Notes: generated from the letters alone by a model not told the origin. DNA of 50,084 nucleotides from Desulfuromonas sp. (GCA_002869725.1 PKTY01000137.1:1-50084), one strand, 5' to 3'; counted from the first letter of the stretch, positions 20,847 to 30,820 are shown. Numbers and translations: made by a program.

Positions 20847-21640
20847 AAAGCCTCGAGAGCTGGAAAAATTCTGTTCGGCCAGCCCTTGCCGGGGTCTCAA
20901 TTGCCCTGAGCCTGCTGCTGTTGCTGCTGGGCACAGGCTGCGCCCGAAAAGGACCTCTCCAGCCAAAACTGCACTCTCTGCCTGACGCTCCACAGCCGTT
21001 GACCATTCTCCAGCGCGGCGAAGGGTTGCTGCTCGGCTGGTCGCTCCCCACCCGTAACCTGGACGGCAGTCCCGCTGAAGACCTCACCGGCTTTCGCATC
21101 CTGAGAATGACCTATTCCTCCGAAAACGGCTGCTCCAGCTGCCGCCAGCCGGGCGATCTCCGGGCCAGCATCGACATCGACTATCCAGAGCCGGCACAAC
21201 GCATCGGCAGACGCTTCTACTGGCTGGACGAACAGCTAACCGTCGGCAAAGGATACCGCTACCTGGTCCAACCCCTGACAGTCGGTGGTCGTCCCGGCGC
21301 AGGAGCTGACATCAGTCAGGTTCTGCAATGTCCGCCGCCGGCACCTGAGGGCCTGCAGGCCTCAACTGAAGACGGCGTGGTCAGGGTCACCTGGCAACAG
21401 CCGGCACTCGACACCGGGATGGAGCTGCTCGGCTTTCAGGTCTACCGGCGGCGGGGCGACACCCCCTTTCCCCCCATCCCCCTCAATCTGCAGCCCCTTC
21501 AAACAACCGAGCTGGTCGATGAAAGTCCGCGTGATGGTCATCCTTACCAATATCGTATCGGCACCCTGGTCCAGATCGGCGAAATGCGCCTGGAAAGCGC
21601 TCTGTCCACCGCTCTGCACGTCAGCTTACCAGTCCGCTGA
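20843..21640 (+). CDS. lipoprotein with an LptM/YifL-like lipobox region and a ~220-aa beta-rich extension
   Basis: Signal peptide plus lipobox LLGTGC, followed by ARKGPLQPK, which resembles the G-C-x-x-KGPL signature of small LptM/YifL lipoproteins. The start overlaps the argH stop (ATGA). Confidence 0.65.
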   Translation: MKSLESWKNSVRPALAGVSIALSLLLLLLGTGCARKGPLQPKLHSLPDAPQPLTILQRGEGLLLGWSLPTRNLDGSPAEDLTGFRILRMTYSSENGCSSCRQPGDLRASIDIDYPEPAQRIGRRFYWLDEQLTVGKGYRYLVQPLTVGGRPGAGADISQVLQCPPPAPEGLQASTEDGVVRVTWQQPALDTGMELLGFQVYRRRGDTPFPPIPLNLQPLQTTELVDESPRDGHPYQYRIGTLVQIGEMRLESALSTALHVSLPVR

Positions 21641-21748
21641 TCCCCCTTTACATCGACCTGTCACTGTGTTAGGTACAGGGTTTGGCAGGTTCTGAGCCCA
21701 AACACGGCTGTACCCATTATATTACCCAGAATTCAGGAGGAACCGACT

Positions 21749-22624
21749 ATGTTCAGTGGCTCCATGGTTGCAATCGTCACCCCCTTTGACCGGGACGGCA
21801 AGTTCGCCGAGGAGACCTACCGGCAACTCATTGAGTTTCAGATCGAGAACGGTACGGATGTGATCGTTCCGTGCGGCACCACCGGTGAATCGGCCACTCT
21901 CGACTTCGAAGAGCACGCATACGTGATCAAGACCTGTATCGACCAGGTTAACAAGCGGGTTCAGGTCATCGCCGGCACCGGCGCCAACAGCACGGCGGAA
22001 GCGATCCACCTTTCCCAAAATGCCAAAACGATGGGAGCCGACGGTCTGCTGCTGGTCTGCCCCTACTACAACAAGCCTTCTCAGGAAGGGATCTACCAGC
22101 ACTACCGCAAGATCGCCAACGAGGTCGCCCTCCCCCAGGTGCTTTACAATGTTCCTGGCCGCACCGGGGTCAACATGAGCGCCGACACCACGGTGCGCCT
22201 GGCGGAGACCACCAACATCGTCGCCATCAAGGAAGCCTCCGGGAGCCTGACCCAGGTCAGCGAGATCCTAGCCCGGGCCGGCGACAAAATCGATGTCATC
22301 TCCGGTGACGACTTCCTGACCTACCCGATGATGTGCTGCGGAGCAAAAGGGGTCATCTCGGTTTCGGCCAACGCCATTCCCAAGCAAGTCAAAAATATGG
22401 TCGAAGCCGTGCAGTGCGGCGACTATCAGACCGGCTGCCGGCTCCACCTCGAACTGCTCGAGTTCCACACCGCCATGTTTATTGAATCGAATCCGGTGCC
22501 GGTGAAAAAAACTCTTGCCCTGATGGGCATGATTGAGGCCGGTGTGCGGCTCCCCCTGGTGGAGATGAGCGAGGCGACCCTCGAAAAACTCAAGGTGATA
22601 CTGCGCAAGTACAAGGTTATCTGA
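21749..22624 (+). CDS. dapA: 4-hydroxy-tetrahydrodipicolinate synthase
   Basis: GTTGESATL, YNVPGRTG and the active-site Lys region VAIKEASG. AGGAGG Shine-Dalgarno. Confidence 0.95.
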   Translation: MFSGSMVAIVTPFDRDGKFAEETYRQLIEFQIENGTDVIVPCGTTGESATLDFEEHAYVIKTCIDQVNKRVQVIAGTGANSTAEAIHLSQNAKTMGADGLLLVCPYYNKPSQEGIYQHYRKIANEVALPQVLYNVPGRTGVNMSADTTVRLAETTNIVAIKEASGSLTQVSEILARAGDKIDVISGDDFLTYPMMCCGAKGVISVSANAIPKQVKNMVEAVQCGDYQTGCRLHLELLEFHTAMFIESNPVPVKKTLALMGMIEAGVRLPLVEMSEATLEKLKVILRKYKVI

Positions 22625-22693
22625 CCAATCATCGATGAGCATGTTTCGCAATCCTGCTGTATCGAAGCTCTGGAGCAATTGTAGGAAATGACT

Positions 22694-23497
22694 ATGATCA
22701 AAATAGCCGTTACCGGTGCCGCCGGCCGCATGGGCCAGCGAATCATCAGTCTGGTCACCGAAGCCAACGAACTGATGGTCAGTGGCGCGGTGGAGATGCC
22801 GATCCACAAAGCCGTCGGCCAGGACGCAGGGCTTACCGCCGGCTGCGGGATGCTCGACCTCAAGATCACCGACAGCCTGGAACGGGCGATGCAGGTGAGT
22901 GACGTACTCATCGACTTCACCTTTCCCGAGGTGACTCTGGAGAATGCCGCGATCTGCTGTGAGCTGGGGAAACGGATGGTGGTCGGCTCGACCGGTTTCA
23001 CCGCAGAGCAGCGTGCCGAGCTCGCGCGTTATGCCCAGTCGATTCCCATCGTCTTCGCCCCCAACATGAGCGTCGGTGTCAATGTCTGCTTCAAGATTCT
23101 GAAAGACATCGCCAAGACTCTCGGCGACGGGTTCGATGTCGAAATCGTCGAACTGCATCACAACAAGAAAAAGGACTCCCCATCCGGCACTGCCGTGCGC
23201 ATGGGGGAGATCGCCGCCGAGGCTCTGGGGCGTGACTATCGAGAGGTCGCCAACTTTCACCGCGAAGGGATGTGCGGCGAACGAGACCACGACGAGATCG
23301 GCATGCAGACCGTGCGTGGTGGCGACATCGTCGGCGAGCACACCGTCTACTTCATCGGCATGGGGGAACGTATCGAGCTGACCCACCGGGCGATGAGCCG
23401 CGACATGTTCGCCCGGGGCGCGGTGCGCGCCGCGGCCTGGCTGGCCGGCAAGGCTCCTGGTCTCTACGACATGCAGGATGTGCTGGGGCTGAAATAG
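22694..23497 (+). CDS. dapB: 4-hydroxy-tetrahydrodipicolinate reductase
   Basis: MIKIAVTGAAGRMG NAD(P)-binding N-terminus and ELHHNKKKDSPSGTA. ATG 22694 is preferred to 22688 on Shine-Dalgarno spacing. Confidence 0.94.
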   Translation: MIKIAVTGAAGRMGQRIISLVTEANELMVSGAVEMPIHKAVGQDAGLTAGCGMLDLKITDSLERAMQVSDVLIDFTFPEVTLENAAICCELGKRMVVGSTGFTAEQRAELARYAQSIPIVFAPNMSVGVNVCFKILKDIAKTLGDGFDVEIVELHHNKKKDSPSGTAVRMGEIAAEALGRDYREVANFHREGMCGERDHDEIGMQTVRGGDIVGEHTVYFIGMGERIELTHRAMSRDMFARGAVRAAAWLAGKAPGLYDMQDVLGLK

Positions 23498-23505
23498 TGT
23501 ATTGC

Positions 23506-23574
23506 GTAGGGGCGCAGCTTGCTGCGCCCTGTTGTGAAAGGATAAAAATCGGGCGCAACATGTTGCGCCCCTAC
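23506..23574. repeat. pair of inverted REP-like palindromic elements in the dapB-dapL spacer
   Basis: Copy A is at 23506-23530 (GTAGGGGCGCAGCTTGCTGCGCCCT). Copy B is at 23551-23574 (GGGCGCAACATGTTGCGCCCCTAC), and its reverse complement is GTAGGGGCGCAACATGTTGCGCCC. Each copy is itself a hairpin. Confidence 0.8.
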
Positions 23575-23594
23575 ATTTCCGGAGGACTTTTTCG

Positions 23595-24830
23595 ATGGCC
23601 CGTATTAATGACAACTATCTGAAACTGAAAGCCGGCTACCTGTTTCCGGAGATCGGCCGCCGGGTTCGTGAATTTTCGGCGGCCAACCCCGAGGCCAAAA
23701 TCATCCGGCTCGGCATCGGCGATGTCACCCGCCCGCTGGCCCCCACCGTGCTCAAGGCGTTTCACGACGCCGTCGATGATCTTGGCACCAGCGACCGCTT
23801 CGCCGGCTATGGCCCCGAGCAGGGGTATGAGTGGCTGTCGCAGGTAATTATCGACAAGAGCTATCAGCCCCACGGTGTCGATCTCAAGGCCAGCGAGGTC
23901 TTTATCTCCGACGGCTCCAAATGCGACTGCGCCAACATCCTAGACATCTTCGCCCTCGACAACGTGGTCGCTATCGGCGACCCGGTCTACCCAGTCTACA
24001 ACGACACCAATGTCATGGTCGGCCGCACCGGCGAGGCCGATGACAAGGGCTACTACAAGGGGATCGTCTACATGCCCTTCACCGAGGCGAACAATTTCGT
24101 CCCGGATCTGCCCAAAGAAAAAGTCGACATTATTTACCTCTGCTTTCCGAACAACCCCACCGGTACTGTGGCGACCAAAGCGGAACTCAAGAAGTGGGTC
24201 GATTACGCTCTCGCCAACGATGCGATCATCTTTTTCGATGCCGCCTACGAGGCATTCATCACTACGCCCGGCATCCCGCACTCGATCTACGAGGTCGAAG
24301 GGGCCAAGCAGTGCGCCATCGAGTTCCGCTCCTTTTCGAAAACCGCAGGTTTTACCGGGGTGCGCTGCGGCCTGGTGGTCGTCCCCGAGGAGTTGACCGG
24401 AACCACCGCAGCCGGCGAGAAATTCAGTCTCAACAAGCTCTGGAACCGACGGATCACCACCAAATTCAACGGCGCCTCCTACCCGGTGCAGCGCGCTGCG
24501 GCCGCCGTCTACTCGGAGCAGGGCTGGCAGGAGACCAGGCAGATCATCGACTACTATATGGACAACGCCCGCATCATCCGTGAAGGGCTTATGGAGGCCG
24601 GCATCACCTGCTACGGCGGAGTCGATTCCCCTTACATCTGGTTGAAAACCCCCAAGGGCCTCTCCTCATGGGACTTCTTCGACAAACTGCTCACTGAGTG
24701 TTTTGTGGTCGGCACTCCCGGCTCCGGGTTCGGGCCGAGCGGCGAAGGCTATTTCAGGCTTTCCGCCTTCGGCGACAAGGAGAATGTCAAGACCGCCGTC
24801 CAGCGCATCAGGGACAAGTGGGGTCAGTAG
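23595..24830 (+). CDS. dapL: LL-diaminopimelate aminotransferase
   Basis: The N-terminus [24 protein letters not shown] is characteristic of DapL, with the PLP lysine region [10 protein letters not shown]. It is adjacent to dapA and dapB. Confidence 0.9.
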   Translation: MARINDNYLKLKAGYLFPEIGRRVREFSAANPEAKIIRLGIGDVTRPLAPTVLKAFHDAVDDLGTSDRFAGYGPEQGYEWLSQVIIDKSYQPHGVDLKASEVFISDGSKCDCANILDIFALDNVVAIGDPVYPVYNDTNVMVGRTGEADDKGYYKGIVYMPFTEANNFVPDLPKEKVDIIYLCFPNNPTGTVATKAELKKWVDYALANDAIIFFDAAYEAFITTPGIPHSIYEVEGAKQCAIEFRSFSKTAGFTGVRCGLVVVPEELTGTTAAGEKFSLNKLWNRRITTKFNGASYPVQRAAAAVYSEQGWQETRQIIDYYMDNARIIREGLMEAGITCYGGVDSPYIWLKTPKGLSSWDFFDKLLTECFVVGTPGSGFGPSGEGYFRLSAFGDKENVKTAVQRIRDKWGQ

Positions 24831-24840
24831 TCACCCGTCA

Positions 24841-24875
24841 CACCGGAGAGCAGACGATGCTCTCCGGTGTTTTTT
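24841..24875 (+). terminator. rho-independent terminator after dapL
   Basis: CACCGGAGAGC-agacgat-GCTCTCCGGTG (11-bp perfect stem) followed by TTTTTT. Confidence 0.85.
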
Positions 24876-24895
24876 CAAGTTCGTGAAAACAATCG

Positions 24896-27442
24896 ATGCG
24901 CAGCTACCTCGTCGGACTTTACCGCAGCCTCATCCTGGACCACCCACGCATAACCCTGCTGGTGGTCACGCTGCTCGCCATCATGACCGGAATCTTTGCC
25001 AAGGATTTCCGTCTGGATGCCTCGGCCGACTCTCTGGTTCTCGAGAGCGACAACGACCTCCGCTACTACCGCTCGGTTCGCACCCAGTATGGCCAGGACG
25101 ATTTTCTGGTCATCAGTTACAGTCCACACCAGGGTCTGTTCACCGAGCAATCCCTCGATAACCTGCGTCGACTGCGCAACAGTCTCAGGGAGATCGATCG
25201 GGTCAAGTCGGTTACCACCATCCTTGACGTACCATTGATCGACAGTCCACAGCTAACATTCAGCGAGCTGCAACGAGAGGTTCGCACCCTGGAAAGTCCG
25301 GGCATCGATCTCGACCTGGCCCGCAGCGAATTCGCCAGCAGCCCTCTCTATCGTGACTTGCTGGTCAGCGCCGATGGACGGACCACGGCGCTGCAAATCA
25401 CCTTCCGCACTGACGAAACCTATTACCAGCTCCTCAACCGCCGCAATACCCTGCGTGACAAACAGCAGACAACCGGCCTGACTCGTCTGGAGGAGCAGGA
25501 GTTGCGAGTCGCCAGTCAGGCTTTCAAGGACTACAGCGCCGCCCAGTCAGACCAACAGAGCCTCGACATTGCCAGAATCAGAGAGATTTTAACCGACTTC
25601 CGTCAACAGGCCGACATTCACCTTGGCGGCGTGCCGATGATCGCCTCAGACATGATCGACTTCATTCGGCACGATCTGGTCAAGTTCGGAGTGGCGGTGC
25701 TGGTCTTCCTCGCCAGCATGCTGATGCTGATTTTCCACCGGCCACGCTGGGTGCTGATCCCCCTGGTCTGCTGCTTCGCCACCGTACTGTTCATGTTCGG
25801 CTTCCTCGGGCTGGTCGAATGGCGGGTCACGGTGGTCTCCTCAAATTTCATCTCCCTGTTGCTGATCATTACCCTGTCGATGACCGTCCACCTTATTGAG
25901 CGCTACAACGAGTTGTACCGCCTCAACCCACAGGCCAGCCAAAATCAACTGGTCATGGAGATGGTCGGCAGCAAGGTCTATCCAAGTCTCTACACCTCCC
26001 TGACCACCATAGTCGCCTTCATTTCTCTGCTGGTCAGCGACATCCGTCCGATTATCGATTTCGGCTGGATGATGGCCATCGGTATCGTGATCGCCTTTCT
26101 GCTCAGCTTCACCCTGATGCCAGCCGGATTGGTCCTGCTTGAGCCTCGGGGCTTCTCCCATCGCTACGACATCACCGGAGCCATTACCCGGCGTTGCGCC
26201 CACTGGATCGAAGATCACAGTAAGACAACCCTTATGGCTTACGGGCTGGTGGCTATCTTCAGCCTGATCGGGCTGAGTCGCCTGACCGTCGAGAATCGCT
26301 TCATCGACAATTTCAAAAAAGAGACGGAAATCTACCAGGGGATGGAACTGATCGATCGCCAGCTAGGCGGCACCATCCCCCTCGAAGTTATTATCGATGC
26401 CGACCCGGCTTCCGAATCTGTCAGTACGGGGGATGGCGATTTCCAAGACCCTTTCGACGACCCATTTGATGACCCGTTCGCAGCGGAGAATGACTCGGTT
26501 GCCGGCATGACCGCCAGCAGCTACTGGTTCAACAGTTACCGACTGGAGACCGTCGAGGCCATTCACGATTACCTCGATGCCCTTCCGGAGAGTGGCAAGG
26601 TCATGTCGCTGGCCACCACAACCCGCATGCTGCGTCTGCTCAATAACGGCAAGCCCCTCGATGACGTGCTCCTTTCGGTGGTTCATAAAAAACTCCCCCC
26701 AGAAATCGACCGCAACCTGTTTGCCCCTTACCTGGCCGACGATGGCAATCAGGTGCGCTTCAACCTGCGGGTCTTCGAATCCGACCCATCTTTGCGCCGC
26801 AACGAATTCATCAAACAGGTTAGACAGCAACTGCTGGAGAAGTTCGATCTCAAACCGGAACAGCTGCATCTCTCCGGCATGCTGGTTCTCTACAACAACG
26901 TGCTGCAGAGCCTGTTCAAATCCCAGATTCAAACCATCGGCGCGGTGTTTCTCGCCATCATGGTCATGTTCTTCATTCTTTTTCGCTCCCTGCGTCTGGC
27001 CATTCTGGCGATCATCCCCAACATGATGTCGGCGCTGATCATCCTCGGCCTTATGGGCTGGCTCGGCATCCCTCTCGACATCATGACCATCACCATTGCT
27101 GCCATCACCATCGGCATCGCCGTGGACGATACCATTCACTATGTGCATCGCTTCTCGAAGGAGCTGACCAAGGATCTCGATCATGTAGCCGCCATGCATC
27201 GCACCCATGCCAGTGTGGGGCGCGCCATGTTCTACACGTCGATCGTCATTATTTCCGGTTTCTCGATTCTGACGCTCTCCAACTTCATGCCGACCATCTA
27301 CTTCGGGCTGTTTACCAGCCTGGCCATGGCCGTCGCTATGTTCGCCAACCTGACCCTGCTGGCGATCCTGCTGATGGTAATTCGCCCCAAAAAAGTCTGC
27401 TGGTTACCGGGAAACAACAGGACTAAGGGTGCTCCCTCTTGA
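24896..27442 (+). CDS. MMPL/RND-superfamily exporter (COG1033-like, two 6-TM bundles with two periplasmic loops)
   Basis: 848 aa. The duplicated architecture has two hydrophobic SSD-like blocks (residues ~250-440 and ~680-830). The N-terminus is typical of predicted RND-superfamily exporters. Confidence 0.85.
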   Translation: MRSYLVGLYRSLILDHPRITLLVVTLLAIMTGIFAKDFRLDASADSLVLESDNDLRYYRSVRTQYGQDDFLVISYSPHQGLFTEQSLDNLRRLRNSLREIDRVKSVTTILDVPLIDSPQLTFSELQREVRTLESPGIDLDLARSEFASSPLYRDLLVSADGRTTALQITFRTDETYYQLLNRRNTLRDKQQTTGLTRLEEQELRVASQAFKDYSAAQSDQQSLDIARIREILTDFRQQADIHLGGVPMIASDMIDFIRHDLVKFGVAVLVFLASMLMLIFHRPRWVLIPLVCCFATVLFMFGFLGLVEWRVTVVSSNFISLLLIITLSMTVHLIERYNELYRLNPQASQNQLVMEMVGSKVYPSLYTSLTTIVAFISLLVSDIRPIIDFGWMMAIGIVIAFLLSFTLMPAGLVLLEPRGFSHRYDITGAITRRCAHWIEDHSKTTLMAYGLVAIFSLIGLSRLTVENRFIDNFKKETEIYQGMELIDRQLGGTIPLEVIIDADPASESVSTGDGDFQDPFDDPFDDPFAAENDSVAGMTASSYWFNSYRLETVEAIHDYLDALPESGKVMSLATTTRMLRLLNNGKPLDDVLLSVVHKKLPPEIDRNLFAPYLADDGNQVRFNLRVFESDPSLRRNEFIKQVRQQLLEKFDLKPEQLHLSGMLVLYNNVLQSLFKSQIQTIGAVFLAIMVMFFILFRSLRLAILAIIPNMMSALIILGLMGWLGIPLDIMTITIAAITIGIAVDDTIHYVHRFSKELTKDLDHVAAMHRTHASVGRAMFYTSIVIISGFSILTLSNFMPTIYFGLFTSLAMAVAMFANLTLLAILLMVIRPKKVCWLPGNNRTKGAPS

Positions 27443-27831
27443 AAAAGATCCTGATTATCGATGACGACCGGCTTTTTTTGAAATTCATTACCGAGTACGT
27501 CACTGACAACTACCCTGCCCTGGAGCTGATCACCTGCGAGAACTCGCTTCAGGGGCTCCCTTTGATCTCCGCCGATCTCGATCTGCTGCTCCTCGATCTG
27601 GAGCTCCCCGACATGGATGGTCGAAAACTCCTGGAATATGCCAAGGCAAAGGGCGTCAGTAAGTCCTGCATCATCATCCTCTCCGGCCGTGATGCCGACT
27701 ATCTGCACAAGCTATTCCCGATGGGGGAATGCCTGGCCGTCCTCAACAAGCACGAGGCCCGCCAGAAGGCTGTCCTCGACATGGTCTTCACCGCTTTGCA
27801 GCAAAAGGCCAGCGCGTCTCAACATGGCTAA
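27439..27831 (+). CDS. single-domain response regulator (CheY-like receiver)
   Basis: KILIIDDD, LLLLDLELPDMDG, IIILSG and LNKHE (the D-D-D-S-K set). The TTG start overlaps the exporter stop (TTGA). Confidence 0.85.
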   Translation: MKKILIIDDDRLFLKFITEYVTDNYPALELITCENSLQGLPLISADLDLLLLDLELPDMDGRKLLEYAKAKGVSKSCIIILSGRDADYLHKLFPMGECLAVLNKHEARQKAVLDMVFTALQQKASASQHG

Positions 27832-27870
27832 CCTTTCCCCATCTCCTGTCATGATTCCGGAGCGACAGAC

Positions 27871-29754
27871 TTGGCCCTGATCTCCCTGCGAAACATCCAC
27901 CTCTCCTTTGGCGGTCCGCCGCTACTCGACGATGTTTCCCTGCAGATCGAGCGAGGAGAGCGGATCGGCCTGCTCGGACGCAACGGCACCGGCAAATCGA
28001 CTCTGCTCAGGGTGTTGGCCGACACACAGCTCCCCGACGCAGGGGTCATTGACCGCCAACCCGGGCTGCGCGTCGCCTGCCTGGCCCAGGATGTCCCCCG
28101 GGATCTTTGCGGTTGCGTATTCGACCTGGTCGCCACCGGCCTTGGCCAAACCGGGGAACTGCTTGGCCGTTACCGGACAATCAGCAGACTCATCGAAGAG
28201 GGGCAGAGTCAAAAAGTCGCCGAACTGAGCGACATCCAGCATGCCATCGAAACGACCGGCGGCTGGCCCTGCCAGCAGCAGATAGAGCAAGCCCTCTCCC
28301 AGTTGCGGCTCGATCCCGACCTGCCGGTCCAGTCTCTGTCGGGAGGTGTGTTGCGCCGCTCTCTGCTGGCCCGCGCCCTGGCTGCCGACCCGGACATCCT
28401 GCTCCTCGATGAGCCGACCAACCATCTGGATATCGAGTCGATCTGCTGGCTGGAGCAGTTTCTGCTGCGCGACAACCGAGCACTGGTGTTCGTGACTCAC
28501 GACCGTTCCTTCCTGCGGACCATGGCGACACGGATTGTCGAACTCGACCGTGGCCGAACACTTGACCTGACTTGCAGCTACGACACTTTTCTCGAGCGCA
28601 AGGAGGCACTGCTGCAGGCTGAGGCTCAGGAATGGGCGCGTTTCGACAAGAGACTGAGCGAGGAAGAGGTCTGGATTCGCAAGGGGATCAAGGCGCGCCG
28701 AACCCGCAACGAAGGGCGTGTGCGCGCCCTCAAGCAGATGCGCGAAGAGCGGCGGCAAAGACGCGAGCGATCCGGGAATGCCCGTCTGCAGCTGCATCAA
28801 GCTGAGCGCAGCGGCAAACTGGTCGTCGAAGTCGACAGCCTGGATTTTTCTTTTGCCAAGCAGCCGTTGATCCGTGATTTCTCCACCAGAGTGCTGCGCG
28901 GAGACCGCATCGGTATCATCGGCCCCAATGGCGCCGGCAAAACCACCCTGATCAAGCTGCTTCTCGGCGAGCTTGAGCCACAACAGGGCACGGTTCGCCA
29001 TGGAACCAACCTGCAGGTGCTCTACTTCGATCAACTGCGCGATCAGCTCGATCCTGATCTGACCGTGCAGCAGAACCTGTCAGGGGACCAGGACCATCTG
29101 CTGGTGGGGGGGCGTTCCCGCCATGTTTTCGGTTACCTGCGCGATTTCCTGTTTACCCCCGACCGGGCCCGCACGCCGGTACGCATCCTGTCTGGCGGCG
29201 AGCGCAACCGGCTGCTGCTGGCGCGGCTGTTTAGCCGCGAAGCCAATGTGCTGGTTCTCGATGAGCCGACCAACGACCTCGACCTGGAAACTCTCGACCT
29301 CCTTGAGGAGTTGCTGGCCGATTTTCAGGGGACCTTGTTCCTGGTCAGCCACGACAGGGACTTTCTGAACCAGGTGGTCACCAGTACTATCGTCTTTGAG
29401 GGTGAGGGCCAGGTCCGTGAATATGTCGGTGGGTACGACGACTGGCAGCGACAGCGGCCGGCCGCCGTCGCTGCAGCAAATCCCAAGCCGGCGCTTCGCG
29501 ACAACTCAGGCCGGGAACGTCCGCGCAGACTCACCTTCAAGGAACGTCAGGAGCTTGATGGCCTGCCGGAACATATTGAGCGGCTGGAGACTGAGCAGAC
29601 CCGTCTGCACCAAAAGTTGTCAGATCCGGATCTCTACAGAGACTCCGGAAACGAAGTCAGCAGACTGACGACTCAGCTGCAACAGGTCGAGCAGACGCTT
29701 GAGGAACTTCTGGTGCGCTGGGAAGAGCTGGAGTCCATCTCCCGCCAACAATAA
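27871..29754 (+). CDS. uup: ABC-F family ATPase (Uup-like)
   Basis: Two ABC cassettes (GRNGTGKST/LSGGVLRR and GPNGAGKTT/LSGGERNR), no TM domain and a C-terminal coiled coil. The TTG start gives (M)ALISLRNIHLSFGG, as in Uup. Confidence 0.88.
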   Translation: MALISLRNIHLSFGGPPLLDDVSLQIERGERIGLLGRNGTGKSTLLRVLADTQLPDAGVIDRQPGLRVACLAQDVPRDLCGCVFDLVATGLGQTGELLGRYRTISRLIEEGQSQKVAELSDIQHAIETTGGWPCQQQIEQALSQLRLDPDLPVQSLSGGVLRRSLLARALAADPDILLLDEPTNHLDIESICWLEQFLLRDNRALVFVTHDRSFLRTMATRIVELDRGRTLDLTCSYDTFLERKEALLQAEAQEWARFDKRLSEEEVWIRKGIKARRTRNEGRVRALKQMREERRQRRERSGNARLQLHQAERSGKLVVEVDSLDFSFAKQPLIRDFSTRVLRGDRIGIIGPNGAGKTTLIKLLLGELEPQQGTVRHGTNLQVLYFDQLRDQLDPDLTVQQNLSGDQDHLLVGGRSRHVFGYLRDFLFTPDRARTPVRILSGGERNRLLLARLFSREANVLVLDEPTNDLDLETLDLLEELLADFQGTLFLVSHDRDFLNQVVTSTIVFEGEGQVREYVGGYDDWQRQRPAAVAAANPKPALRDNSGRERPRRLTFKERQELDGLPEHIERLETEQTRLHQKLSDPDLYRDSGNEVSRLTTQLQQVEQTLEELLVRWEELESISRQQ

Positions 29755-29798
29755 TCCGCGCGGACAACTCACTCTGCCACTAACGAGACACGCTTGCT

Positions 29799-30770
29799 GT
29801 GGTCGACCCTGAGCAGAAAATCATGGCAGATCACCACGTGACGGATTTAACGACTGACTGGTCCCCCCTCCCTGGCTGCCTCGACCAGCCGGAAACGCCA
29901 GTCCCGCTGACACGACGCCAGTTGCGCCTATGGCAGCTGACTCTGGAAGCTCGCGGCTTTCCGGTTCGGACCGAACAGACTGCAAACGGCTGGCAGATTC
30001 TGGTCCCAGCCGAGACGTTCGAAGAAGCCATCTTTGAGCTGCAACAGTACCAGCGGGAGAATCATGGTTGGCCACCGCCGCTTCCACCCCCCATCCAGCT
30101 GATTGACAACCGCCTCACTACTCTCTGGGTCCTGATTGCCATCGGTCTCTTTCATAACCTCACCATGCGACAGGGACTGCCGTTCACATCGGCCCTCATC
30201 GACTGGACAGCCATCGGCAATGCCCACGCCGGAAAAATCCTCGATGGCGAGTGGTGGCGGCTGATCACTGCCCTGACCCTCCACAGCAGCGGATTGCACT
30301 TTTTGAGCAACCTGGTTTTCGGCGGAGTCTTCATCATGCGCCTGTGCCGACTGCTCGGTTCAGGTCTGGGCTGGAGCCTGACCCTGGCCAGCGGCATCGG
30401 CGGCAACCTCGCCAACGCCTGGCTACAGGCGGCTAATCATCGGGCGGTCGGCGCCTCGACAGCCGTCTTCGGGGCGGTCGGCCTGCTGGCGGCAATCAGC
30501 ATGATCCGCTATCGCCACAACTTGCGGCCACAGCGCCGCTGGGCTCTGCCGCTCGCTGCCGGGGCCGGATTGCTGGCCATGCTCGGCACCGGCGGCGAGA
30601 ACACCGATCTCGGCGCCCACCTTTGGGGCTTTGTCTGCGGGCTGCTGATCGGCGCAGCGGTGGAAGTCTTGAGGGAACGTCGGGAGAGAAACCGAGCATG
30701 GCTCGGCTGGCTCAGCGGATCAGCCAGTATCGCTTTGGTCATCGCAGCCTGGTACGTTGCTCTGGGATAA
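29799..30770 (+). CDS. rhomboid family intramembrane serine protease with a ~100-aa cytoplasmic N-terminal domain
   Basis: WWRLITALTLHSSGLHFLSNLVF, catalytic GASTAVFGAVG and HLWGFVCGLLIG. The start is uncertain (GTG 29799 or ATG 29823). Confidence 0.85.
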   Translation: MVDPEQKIMADHHVTDLTTDWSPLPGCLDQPETPVPLTRRQLRLWQLTLEARGFPVRTEQTANGWQILVPAETFEEAIFELQQYQRENHGWPPPLPPPIQLIDNRLTTLWVLIAIGLFHNLTMRQGLPFTSALIDWTAIGNAHAGKILDGEWWRLITALTLHSSGLHFLSNLVFGGVFIMRLCRLLGSGLGWSLTLASGIGGNLANAWLQAANHRAVGASTAVFGAVGLLAAISMIRYRHNLRPQRRWALPLAAGAGLLAMLGTGGENTDLGAHLWGFVCGLLIGAAVEVLRERRERNRAWLGWLSGSASIALVIAAWYVALG

Positions 30771-30820
30771 CAAAAACCAACGCGCTATGGCGCCAAGGAA
30801 ATACTTCGGGAAGAAACACG

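Noticed and set aside
21641-21748. Possible lysine riboswitch upstream of dapA
   Set aside because: The spacer is only ~108 nt and lacks the conserved L-box helices and motifs.
22268-23614. 448-aa minus-strand ORF
   Set aside because: It is antisense to the clearly recognisable dapA and dapB genes, so it is a shadow ORF.
27922-29034. 370-aa minus-strand ORF
   Set aside because: It is antisense to the ABC-F ATPase, which has unambiguous Walker and signature motifs.
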